From: Victivallales bacterium
Lineage (GTDB): Bacteria; Verrucomicrobiota; Lentisphaeria; Victivallales; UBA1829
Length of the DNA: 64,000 bases
Direction of reading: 5' to 3'
NCBI GenBank assembly: GCA_045592785.1
Contig: JAZNVL010000060.1
Location: 2,045-66,044 of the forward strand
This document shows positions 1 to 8,837 of this stretch, one piece after another. How positions within the stretch are numbered: the first letter of the stretch is position 1; the number at the start of each line of letters is the position of its first letter. The position numbers and the translations under genes were made by a program. The notes beneath the pieces were generated by a model that was not told the DNA's origin, searched no databases, and worked only from the letters and a program-made list of their open reading frames with translations.

Positions 1-41
1 AAGACATATCTGGTTATGGTATAAAAATCCCGGAAGTTGCA

Positions 42-1403
42 TTGCTGTTTGGTTCAATAAATAAAATGCCTAATATTTCTCCAATAGAAGGAATCGTTCA
101 ATATGGACCGTATTCATCTCCTGTTTTAACAGCATTAGAACGGAAAGGTATAAAACTCGGCATAGTAACCCCGAGTGGGGATGATGCTCAAAAGTTGTTT
201 CGTTTTTTGGGAAGAGCGAATGAAAGCATAAAAACAGAAAATGTGCGTGATTATATTTCAGATTTTCCAGGTTTTGAAAAAGCATTCAAAATTTCATTAG
301 ACATACCACAATGCAATTCTGATCGCTGCGAATATATTTCTGAGCATCTTTCTATAAAAGAACTCGCTGATGAAATTTGCCATGCGATTGATAGAATCAA
401 TAAGCGGGAAAGTCAAGATGTTATTTTGATTTATCTTCCTAAACGTTGGGGATTCCCTATTCGCGAAGAAAATGATCATGAATATTTTGACCTACACGAT
501 TTTGTAAAATCTTTCTGTGCACAAAAAGGGATAGTCACCCAATTTATTGCTGAAAAAACAACACCATTTAATACTCAGTCATGCAGAGTCTGGTGGTGGC
601 TTTCTTTGGCAATATATACGAAAGCAGGTTATACCCCGTGGGTTTTGAAGGCTATTGATAATAAATCTGCATTTGTCGGAATTGGATATGCTTATGCAAA
701 TAGAAAGGAATCTTCGCAAATCGTTATTGGTTGTAGTCATGTATACAATGAAATGGGAGAAGGCCTTAGTTTTCGCTTAAATCAGCTTGAAAATCCTTTT
801 TTCGACAAGCAAAAAAATCCTTATATGTCCAAAGATGATGCAAGACGTGTTGGGGAATCAATAATACAACTATTTTACGAGCAAAAAAATAAATTACCGA
901 AAAGAGTTGTTATTCACAAGCGTACTCCTTTTAAATCAGAAGAAATAGAAGGCTTGCTATTAGGATTAAGTAAAATTCCGACAGTAGATTTATTGGAAAT
1001 CAACATTGCCTCTCAAATGCGTTTTATTGCTTCTGAATTTAATTTTTTTGAACAGAAATTCAACTCTGAATATGGTTATCCTGTTGATCGAGGAACTATA
1101 TTACAGGATGGGGATTATGGGGCATATTTATGGATTCATGGTTGTGTACAATTTCCATTTGGAAAATATTATCAGGGGAAAAGACGAATCCCGGCCCCTA
1201 TATATATAAAACGACACTACGGAACAACAGACTTATCTACCATATGCGAAGAAATTTTGGGGTTGTCCAAGATGGATTTCAACAATATGGATCTTTACAG
1301 TAAAATGCCATGCACCATTAATACCGCCCAAAAAATCGCAGAAATAGGAGCATTGTTAAGCCATGTCTCCAACAGAAGTTACGATTACCGCCTTTTTATG
1401 TAA
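42..1403 (+). CDS. Prokaryotic Argonaute (MID-PIWI), predicted catalytically inactive; 5' end may lie outside the window
   Basis: Frame 3 has no stop from nt 3 to 42, so the ORF is open to the window edge. The track start is TTG; the first ATG is at 66. MID 5'-end pocket pattern: YFDLHDFVK...GIVTQFI..K. PIWI landmarks: YTKAGYTPWVL; AFVGIGYAY, where the usual GxDV Asp is Gly; VVIHKRTP, where the usual RDG is KRT. The C-terminus ends ...YDYRLFM. Confidence 0.85.
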   Translation: MLFGSINKMPNISPIEGIVQYGPYSSPVLTALERKGIKLGIVTPSGDDAQKLFRFLGRANESIKTENVRDYISDFPGFEKAFKISLDIPQCNSDRCEYISEHLSIKELADEICHAIDRINKRESQDVILIYLPKRWGFPIREENDHEYFDLHDFVKSFCAQKGIVTQFIAEKTTPFNTQSCRVWWWLSLAIYTKAGYTPWVLKAIDNKSAFVGIGYAYANRKESSQIVIGCSHVYNEMGEGLSFRLNQLENPFFDKQKNPYMSKDDARRVGESIIQLFYEQKNKLPKRVVIHKRTPFKSEEIEGLLLGLSKIPTVDLLEINIASQMRFIASEFNFFEQKFNSEYGYPVDRGTILQDGDYGAYLWIHGCVQFPFGKYYQGKRRIPAPIYIKRHYGTTDLSTICEEILGLSKMDFNNMDLYSKMPCTINTAQKIAEIGALLSHVSNRSYDYRLFM

Positions 1404-1463
1404 CCGCAAAAATCAAACACCTGAACCATAATTTTAATAACAATATTTGGTGGAGAAACTAAT

Positions 1464-2733
1464 ATGGTAGAAAAACAAATATTTCAAACATTTGTTACAG
1501 AAGTTATCATTCCATTTTTTTCTGGGACTAAAATCAATTCGGACAATGAGCCATTACCTTTGAGAAATAGAAGTAAGCTTGTAACTCAATGTCCACGTAA
1601 AGGGGCCAATTATCAAAAACTGATGCCATCAGAAAAAGCTGATTATTGCCTTTCGATCCAACGATCTTTACCTTTTTCGCATGATGAAATTTCTTTTCTT
1701 CAGCTATTTCTCAAGGCAGCAGAAGAAATAAATATATACAAAGATATGGATAAGGCGTATTTTCTAGATCGCATTAATTCATTAACTACTTTTACGATAG
1801 CTAAAACATTGGGATTCGAGAATATTTCATACCAAGTAATCTATAATATGATAAATTGGTCTCAACAAACATACGAAGGCCAAAATATCGCCATGTGTAT
1901 TGGAATAGATTCCTCATTGCCTCAAAATGGTAATTTATTTAATGTATCGTTTAATAACATTGTTGATGAAGACTTTTTAAAGGTGTTAAGTAATGGCTAT
2001 GACACAATGATTCAACTTGATGAAAATGGTATCTTTCACAATTTGACGTCATTAAAAGAAAATAATGATGAAAAGGTTTACGCCCCATTCCGTTTTTCTA
2101 AAGTTGCACGATGGACTGCTGGAAATCAGAATATTGCCTTTGTGTTAAACAGAAATGGAGAAATTTTGATTTTTAAGAATGGTGAGTTAACATTTGCTCG
2201 CCGCAATGGAAAATGGTTTTTTTACTCACATATGCAAGCAATAAAAAAAAATAGCGGAAGGTACTGGACGCAGTTTTCCTGCAGATACTCGTGAAGCAAT
2301 TTACTTAACGGCTTTAGATGTTGCATTTTCACGCACAGGAGGATGTATCGGTTTTGTCAAAAACAATAAAAAAAGCTTGTTTAATCAATCATCAATTTTA
2401 TTGGAAGAAAACAACTTTAATGCGTCAAAAATGGATGAAAAAACAAAAGTATTGTACTCAATTGTAGGTAAAAAGAAATTTTATGAAATTCCTCGATTAT
2501 TACGAATGGAATTAGCAGCTATTGATGGTGCAACTCTTATCTCTCGAGAAGAAAAGTTTATTTCCATCGGAGCTATTTTACGGTTACACGACAATGAAGT
2601 TTCCAGTACAGGGGGCGGACGAACTCTAGCCGCAATGTCTCTAGGAAAATTTGGATTGGGTATAAAAATTTCGAATGATGGTTATATAAAATTTTATACA
2701 GATTCATCAGACCCCATTTTGGAAATAAACTAA
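1464..2733 (+). pseudogene. pAgo-adjacent gene with a C-terminal DisA_N/diadenylate-cyclase-like region, split by a frameshift in an A9 run
   Basis: ORF 1464-2294 (frame 3) and ORF 2377-2733 (frame 1) fuse if one A is removed from the A9 run at 2243-2251. The fused reading is ...HMQAIKKIAEGTGRSFPADTREAIYLTALDVAFSRTGGCIGFVKNN..., about 422 aa. The C-terminal ~150 aa line up with my recollection of DAC-domain landmarks: GGCIGFV ~ GALIVI; AIDGATLI ~ HDGAVII; GGGRTLAA ~ GTRHRAA; GIKISNDGYIKFY ~ vivVSEetG.is. The gene starts 60 nt after the pAgo stop on the same strand. Confidence 0.55.
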
Positions 2734-2986
2734 TGCAACGTATACGAAAATTTAGACATTTTCTTGGAGTTTTGTTGAATTTTCGCTTTTTATTTGTAAA
2801 AGTCGCAAGTTGATATCTTTTTTCGGGGCATTTTACAGTAGTTTCGGAGAAAATGTCCTTTCGGTTGAGCTGAAAATTTTTCTCTGGTGCATAAAAAAGC
2901 AAAAACAGAGATATTTTCGCGAGTTGACGAAGCGATGGATAACGTCCGACAAATTGCGCACATTTTGAAAAACAGGACTTAAAAAA

Positions 2987-3048
2987 AGCCTGTTTCCATG
3001 ATTGATTATAATATCCACAAAACAACCAATCAAGAAAGGAAACAGGCT
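2987..3048. repeat. 11-bp perfect inverted repeat (AGCCTGTTTCC / GGAAACAGGCT) with a 40-nt spacer
   Basis: Read directly: 2987-2997 is the reverse complement of 3038-3048. It lies in the convergent intergenic region between the pAgo operon and brxL. Confidence 0.8.
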
Positions 3049-3194
3049 ATGAACAATGTAGCGCCAAAAAACGAAAAGTCAATCGTCGGAGCAAATCTAT
3101 GCCTCCACAAAACGACCTGCTCCTCCGGAGCTTCCCGGTCGGGTCGGTCGTTTTGTTACGGCTATGCCTGATGCACAGGTTTATAATCAATCAT
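2998..3194. repeat. 14-bp perfect inverted repeat (ATGATTGATTATAA / TTATAATCAATCAT) bracketing ~170 bp
   Basis: 2998-3011 is the reverse complement of 3181-3194. The enclosed segment is non-coding and contains the hairpin at 3107-3156. Confidence 0.75.
3107..3156. terminator. Hairpin between convergent operons; possible bidirectional terminator
   Basis: ACAAAACGACC (3107-3117) pairs with GGTCGTTTTGT (3146-3156). The loop is GC-rich and contains the CTCCGGAG palindrome. T/A runs are part of the stem on both strands. It sits between the pAgo-partner stop (2733) and the brxL stop (3245). Confidence 0.4.
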
Positions 3195-3244
3195 AAATGT
3201 GCGCAAAATACCGTACACTACCTGTTCCCTTATGCAGAAAGACA

Positions 3245-5293
3245 TTAATTTTTAACATAGGTAATACCAAAACTTTTGCAAGATCGATACTCCTGGAGAG
3301 AATTTTGCAACGCAAAAGTATTATTACCATCGTAGTTCTGGAAAATATCCAAGCCGCGCCCCAGAATTATTTTCCAACCGGTATCCGTGGTTATTTCCCG
3401 ATCATGAATGGTTTCATCAAATGTGTAACTGAAATGGATTCCAGCTGGCATTACCGATGTAGCAATCTGGTCAAAGAAGTCTATTTGTTTTTCAGAGCCG
3501 AAGTCATCTGCCACAGTAATGAGGTTAATGGTAATTTCTTCATCTGCAGCCTTTGTTTTGATTAATCCTTCAAACAGTTCCATAAGATTGCGGATTTGCC
3601 AGTAAGTACGCAGATACGGATCGACAATCGTTACTGTTCTTGCACCTTTGAGATGGGGAACCAGTAATTTTTCAAATGATACCCCTTTACAGTTTTCTTG
3701 AAAGGTCAAGTTACCTTCAAAAAGTTCTGCTGTTTCTGTGGATGTTACACTGACTTGCGTCAATACGGGTTGATTGGGGACATTGTTGTTCTGTCCACTG
3801 CATGTATCGTCTTCAATATCGTTTCCAGAGGAGTAATATTGTGGATATTCAGTTTCTTCCAACGTCTGTACCTTAAACGTTGTTCCCGCTTTGTCAAAAT
3901 ATTGAAATATCGGTTTTGAATAGGTATGGTCAAAACGCATGATCTGATCTTTTACCCGTTTTCTTCCTTCGACCGCAAATGACAATAATTGTGCTGTTTC
4001 TTCGGGAGTCGCATCATTATTCGGGAAAATGATTTTCATCAGACCGGACATCGTTTTCTGAACAGCATCTCTGTCGCGGGTTGAAATGGACGCATCAAGT
4101 GTAAAATACTTCTGATAATCGGCAGACCGGTCATCATCACGGAATGCTCTGAGAATTTCAGCCAGATAATCAACCACAAAACCGTACCCATCTGAAAACA
4201 TTTCGCCACGGATGATATCAACTTCCCATCCGGGAATGTAAAAGTGAATGCGGTCCAGAAATGCGGAGTCATGATATTCTTTGGGCAATTCATCAAATAA
4301 ATCTGAATTTTTAAGCATATACGGAACGCTGTGCTGCGTGTTGCCTACAAATATCATAGATGCTTCGGCACTCAATGTTTCCACGCCGCGAGAAAACGAT
4401 TTGTTTGCCATATAGTTTTTCATTATATCGACAAGACTCTTATTCGGCTTTTTCTGCTTCCCGGCAAATTCATCAAATGCGATGGCATCCCAATAGCCGA
4501 CCAGACCAAGTTTTCCATTGGAGTTATTTACAAATAATTTCGGAACGGTTACTTCTCCCCCGGATAACAAGATCCCGTGAGGTGAAAATTCCGAATAAAT
4601 GTGCGATTTACCAGTGCCTTTAGGGCCTAATTCAATCAGGTTGTAATTGCGCTCACAATAGGGAATAAGGCGCATTAACTGGAATAATTTATTGCGTGCA
4701 CCAAACATCTCCGGATTGAAACCCATACTTTGGATCAGCAGATCAATCCATTCCTCAGTCGAAAATTGTTTTCTTGATTCCAGATAAAGTTCCCGGTCGA
4801 AATAGGACAGCTGAATCGGCTTCAGTGATTCCAATACCCAGGGGCATTGCATTTTATCGTCAGAAGGCATATACTCCAATGCGGCTATACACCAAATGCC
4901 GTTAACCAATAATTTCGGATGACTTTTGATCGTCTCGGCTGGAACTAAGACCTTGCTGATTCCCAAGTTAGAAAAAGTTGCTTCGTAAACATCGGCTTTG
5001 TCATTCAGCGCAACACTGATTTTGTCAATGACTTTGTGTCTGCCTTTTTCCTTGATCGTAGACCGGATCAATCCTGCTTCATTCCGATGTACATAATGTT
5101 CCCGCAGAATGTTTTTGACAGATTCGATACCTGTTCGGATGGATTCTTCATCGCTCGTTGCGCAATATTGCCCAAGTAAATATTCAAGGACATACGTTGG
5201 CACAATGGCATTGCCTTTTACTTCCTTTACTAAATCTTTGCGAACTACAACGCCGGAAAAAGCGTTACAAATTTTTTTATCAAAGTCTGTCAT
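3245..5293 (-). CDS. brxL: BrxL-family AAA+ protein; C-terminal ~150 aa are MIT_C/PLD-like rather than a Lon protease domain
   Basis: The N-terminus MTDFDKKICNAFSGVVVRKDLVKEVKGNAIVPTYVLEYLLGQYCATSDEES closely matches the BrxL N-terminus as I recall it. Walker A is GPKGTGKSH. The C-terminus reads VTIVDPYLRTYWQIRNL...IHDREITTDTGWKIILGRGLDIF, and I saw no GxSxG/Ser-Lys Lon motif. Confidence 0.85.
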   Translation of the reverse strand: MTDFDKKICNAFSGVVVRKDLVKEVKGNAIVPTYVLEYLLGQYCATSDEESIRTGIESVKNILREHYVHRNEAGLIRSTIKEKGRHKVIDKISVALNDKADVYEATFSNLGISKVLVPAETIKSHPKLLVNGIWCIAALEYMPSDDKMQCPWVLESLKPIQLSYFDRELYLESRKQFSTEEWIDLLIQSMGFNPEMFGARNKLFQLMRLIPYCERNYNLIELGPKGTGKSHIYSEFSPHGILLSGGEVTVPKLFVNNSNGKLGLVGYWDAIAFDEFAGKQKKPNKSLVDIMKNYMANKSFSRGVETLSAEASMIFVGNTQHSVPYMLKNSDLFDELPKEYHDSAFLDRIHFYIPGWEVDIIRGEMFSDGYGFVVDYLAEILRAFRDDDRSADYQKYFTLDASISTRDRDAVQKTMSGLMKIIFPNNDATPEETAQLLSFAVEGRKRVKDQIMRFDHTYSKPIFQYFDKAGTTFKVQTLEETEYPQYYSSGNDIEDDTCSGQNNNVPNQPVLTQVSVTSTETAELFEGNLTFQENCKGVSFEKLLVPHLKGARTVTIVDPYLRTYWQIRNLMELFEGLIKTKAADEEITINLITVADDFGSEKQIDFFDQIATSVMPAGIHFSYTFDETIHDREITTDTGWKIILGRGLDIFQNYDGNNTFALQNSLQEYRSCKSFGITYVKN

Positions 5294-5304
5294 AGCAATT
5301 CACC

Positions 5305-7812
5305 TCAAAAATCCAGATCTACCAACTGACGGCGCAGCTGATATTTGCGGGTTAAATATTCGTTATAATAAGTCGTACCAGACTCAAGTTCAAGAAGCTT
5401 TAATATGATTTCCTGACCATTGTATTTTTCGGCATCGCGAGTCAATACCAAGCCGCAAGTCACTTCTCTGTCACGGGGTTCTTTGCTGGTCAAATCGAAG
5501 AATATTTCATGCTCATCAGAAATCAGCTTGTTATCTTGCGAGTAGAGACCCACTTTCAACTTCCGCGGCAGCAACTTTCCTTCTACCGGCTGCTGCTGAT
5601 AGAAACGTACCGCCATTTGACCGGATGTGATAACTTGCATACCGGAAATAATATCAATATCGACGTAAGAAAGATCCCCTTCGCGTTTTTTATTGATTTT
5701 CAATATCGGAACAACGATTTCCTGCAGTGAGGATCCACCATGCACAAAACGGCTGCCGGCTCCTTTGACTCTCAAACGATTGATGGATTTTGCGATTTGG
5801 ACTTCACAGTTCCCATTCATCTCAAGTGTTTCAAGATCGTATTTTTGCAGACCATCAACAGGGGTGAGATCTTTACCTATAACAAAGCGGCGATTCACCT
5901 TGCATACTTCTGACCCTTGTGGTTCCCCGGCCAGAAAGTCGTTAGTAGGTAATTCCCGGTTTTGATAGATGAAACCGTGATCTGCGGTGACGATAATATT
6001 TGTGGCATTGTATCCGGCCAGACGCTTTACCATCGCTATAATCTCTGTAACAGCATCTTCGATCGCTTCGCAAGTCTTTATTTCGGTTGACAAGTCATCG
6101 CCTGTTTCATCGATCGTATTGTGATAAATGTAAACGAGTTCATTTTCTTTTGCAAGGGTTCGACCTTCATCTCTTGTGAGATTCATCAGTTCACTGGCAT
6201 TCAGAACCGCTGATTTCGGAATTTTGCTGCTCAGGACTTTTGCTCTCGCTGCAGAACCAAGTGTGCTTAATCCATCGACTGTAACGGAAATATTATCGCC
6301 TTCGCCATTTAATTCTATCTTTGAATGAGGAAGCAATGCAGCCATCCCCAATGCTGTATAACTGGGGATCACACTGCAGGCGGCTTCCAACGTGGCGGTA
6401 TAACGATCCTCTAACATGATCTTGCGCTGCAATTCTTCTGCAATCTCGTAACGCAAAGCATCTGATATAATAACAAATACTTTCTTTTTCTCTACGGACA
6501 TCGGGACAATATTGTTGTTGAAAAATCTGTCCTGACGTTTCGCCCCCGGGATCGGCCATGTCTTATAGGCGGAAAGTCGGTCCTGCCAGAGATTGTTCAA
6601 TGGCAGGAGATAGTTGTTGGAATAAAAGTTTTCCACCAGATCGTAAAGTGCCTTAAGCAAATCGTTCTGATTCGCAGCATTCGCATGAAAAATAAATTTA
6701 CGGTACAATTGATCCAGTTGAAAATATTGTTTTGTGTAATTTTCGAAGCCGTTCGCAAGGGAATCCATCGTAATGGTCGTGGAACTCTGAAGACTCAAAA
6801 ACATCGATGCATAATCCAATGCCAGATACGCATGTTCCAATTTCTTGTACCAGAAGGTTTGACGGCGTTCCCGGATGATATTGGAACATTCAACGGCTGA
6901 AATCGTCCGGGAAATGATTCCTGATGCAAGATTCGTTAATATGTGTCGATCGATTTCCTTGAACAAATCCAGGGAACCGAGGTCGCTTAAATTGCGTTTC
7001 GCAAGATCTTCCACGATCGCATTCTGCAAAGTCTCTGCCACCATGGCTGAACATTTTTCAAATGAACTGCCGTATTGACGGCTGTCCTTGAAGCGTTTCA
7101 GAAATACCAGTGCTTCATCGTTCAGACGGATTTCAGACGGACAAGCGGTCGACAAGGTCATCAAATAACAGGCATGGAATAAACGGTAAGCAAAGTCTTT
7201 GACCGAGGGGGACTGTGAATGATACCCGTAATGTTCCGCTGCCTTTTTCCACAGAAAACCGCTTAAATTGTATTTTTCAATTTCTGTATACTTTGCATCA
7301 TCGCCTTCTGCGAGTTCCTGCAAAAGTCGTTCCAGGATCGAGTCCAGTCTGCGATCCACACCCACTGTCGCAGCAAGCATCTTCATGCGAATAGCGCCAT
7401 CGGAATCATGTTCTCCCAACAACTTCTTTAATGCCTGACGCCGTTTCGCAGATGTGAAAAATTGGGGATGCTCATCCGTGAGGAAGGCAAAACTGTAATT
7501 CAAACCCAGTTCGCTGAGCCAGAGAGATGCCTGATCCGCCTGGAATGTGTCGTAAGTCAGTTCCAAATTCAGCAGCCAGTTATCGCTGTCTTTGGGCGTT
7601 GGACCGGACGAAAAGACCAAAAAGCGTTTTCCTGGTTCAGCCTTTAATACCCGGTGCATGACCGCAAATTCATTGTTCTGGACTTCGATTTTTTCCACAT
7701 CGGGCAATTTTAATGCTTCAAATTCGTCATGCAGCTCACTCTTCGTATCGCGCCAGCAGACAATGCGACTCTTTTCAAATTTCTGCAGCAGGATTTTTTC
7801 GGTTGGTGTCAT
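5305..7812 (-). CDS. pglZ: PglZ (alkaline-phosphatase-superfamily BREX protein)
   Basis: 835 aa in the canonical position upstream of brxL. PglZ-domain region: VFVIISDALRYEIAEEL...TADHGF. Confidence 0.9.
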   Translation of the reverse strand: MTPTEKILLQKFEKSRIVCWRDTKSELHDEFEALKLPDVEKIEVQNNEFAVMHRVLKAEPGKRFLVFSSGPTPKDSDNWLLNLELTYDTFQADQASLWLSELGLNYSFAFLTDEHPQFFTSAKRRQALKKLLGEHDSDGAIRMKMLAATVGVDRRLDSILERLLQELAEGDDAKYTEIEKYNLSGFLWKKAAEHYGYHSQSPSVKDFAYRLFHACYLMTLSTACPSEIRLNDEALVFLKRFKDSRQYGSSFEKCSAMVAETLQNAIVEDLAKRNLSDLGSLDLFKEIDRHILTNLASGIISRTISAVECSNIIRERRQTFWYKKLEHAYLALDYASMFLSLQSSTTITMDSLANGFENYTKQYFQLDQLYRKFIFHANAANQNDLLKALYDLVENFYSNNYLLPLNNLWQDRLSAYKTWPIPGAKRQDRFFNNNIVPMSVEKKKVFVIISDALRYEIAEELQRKIMLEDRYTATLEAACSVIPSYTALGMAALLPHSKIELNGEGDNISVTVDGLSTLGSAARAKVLSSKIPKSAVLNASELMNLTRDEGRTLAKENELVYIYHNTIDETGDDLSTEIKTCEAIEDAVTEIIAMVKRLAGYNATNIIVTADHGFIYQNRELPTNDFLAGEPQGSEVCKVNRRFVIGKDLTPVDGLQKYDLETLEMNGNCEVQIAKSINRLRVKGAGSRFVHGGSSLQEIVVPILKINKKREGDLSYVDIDIISGMQVITSGQMAVRFYQQQPVEGKLLPRKLKVGLYSQDNKLISDEHEIFFDLTSKEPRDREVTCGLVLTRDAEKYNGQEIILKLLELESGTTYYNEYLTRKYQLRRQLVDLDF

Positions 7813-7817
7813 TGTGC

Positions 7818-8837
7818 TTACCCCTGTCCTTCAGAAAGTTTTTTGATCACCTTATCAAAATCAGAAACAATGGGCTGTGTCCGATTGAATACATCATATT
7901 CCGCAGTCGCTTTGGCTTTTGCCTGTGACATGGAAATTTTACCTTTATCGCCATCCATAAGGATTTGATATTTGCGGAATGCCAGAAATTCATTGATACT
8001 TGCCGCAAATTCTTCCATTGTGAAGGTGTTTTCCCGTTCGATCAAATCTTCAATGTAATCAAAATAACCGGCGACTGTCCGTTCCAATTGACGGATTTCT
8101 TTTTCCTGTAAATAATTCTTGGCAATTGTCACATCTGTCTTCAGGATCCTGCCGTCCGGTGAATTCTTCCAGGTGACCAAACCCATGTGATCTTTATTCT
8201 TGTCGGCGTGAGTAAAAACGATTTCTGCGGCAGTCTGTCCTGTGATCGCAAAATGAAACTTGTTTTGCACCATGGCGTAAAAACTCCGGGTCAATTCCGA
8301 TTCCCTGTCATAATCAATGCTGCACTCCGCAAAAATATCGGTGATCTGCTGCCAGATGCGCCGTTCAGAGCTGCGGATGGAGCGGACTCGTTCCAGGAGT
8401 TCCCGGAAGTAATCTTTACCGAAAAGAGTTTTCCCCTGCTTGAGCCGTTCATCATCCATGGCAAAACCTTTGATCATATACTCTTTCAACACTCCGGTCG
8501 CCCAGATTCGGAACTGGGTGGCACGGCGGGAGTTGACCCGGTAGCCCACGGAAATGATTGCGTCAAGGTTATAATATTTCAGTTTGCGATTTACCTGCCG
8601 ATTGCCCTCCTGGCGAACTACCGAGATTTCCTCGGCAGTTGCATTTTCTGCCAATTCTCCATCTGCGTAAATGTTTTGCAGATGGAGAGATATATTGTCA
8701 GAAGTACAATCAAACAGTGTCGCCATTCCCTTTTGAGTCAGCCAAATGGTTTCATCTTTAACGGCGGCATCAATGCGGATATCTTCTTCCGGAGTACTGT
8801 ATATGATAAATTCAAGTCCATCAGGCATAATTTTCAC
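7818..8837 (-). CDS. RhuM-family (virulence protein RhuM / Fic-DOC-associated) protein embedded between pglX(C) and pglZ
   Basis: Typical RhuM family text: ...IWLTQKGMATLFDCTSDNISLHLQNIY...NLDAIISVGYRVNSRRATQFRIWAT.... The track start is GTG at 8837, overlapping the pglX(C) stop. An alternative ATG is at 8828. Confidence 0.75.
   Translation of the reverse strand: MKIMPDGLEFIIYSTPEEDIRIDAAVKDETIWLTQKGMATLFDCTSDNISLHLQNIYADGELAENATAEEISVVRQEGNRQVNRKLKYYNLDAIISVGYRVNSRRATQFRIWATGVLKEYMIKGFAMDDERLKQGKTLFGKDYFRELLERVRSIRSSERRIWQQITDIFAECSIDYDRESELTRSFYAMVQNKFHFAITGQTAAEIVFTHADKNKDHMGLVTWKNSPDGRILKTDVTIAKNYLQEKEIRQLERTVAGYFDYIEDLIERENTFTMEEFAASINEFLAFRKYQILMDGDKGKISMSQAKAKATAEYDVFNRTQPIVSDFDKVIKKLSEGQG

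Noticed and set aside
42-1403. Active slicer Argonaute
   Set aside because: The positions that normally hold the first and third catalytic acids read G (GIGYAY) and K-R-T (HKRTP), so nuclease activity of the PIWI domain is unlikely.
2573-3033. Minus-strand ORFs of 150 and 66 aa in the pAgo/BREX spacer
   Set aside because: They overlap the 3' end of the pAgo-partner gene and the inverted-repeat region. The sequence is odd and low-complexity. The inverted repeats and hairpin explain this region better.
3245-5293. Annotating BrxL as a Lon-like protease
   Set aside because: I scanned the C-terminal third for a Lon S16 Ser-Lys context and found none. The region reads as a PLD-like/MIT_C-type domain instead. 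This needs a profile search to confirm.
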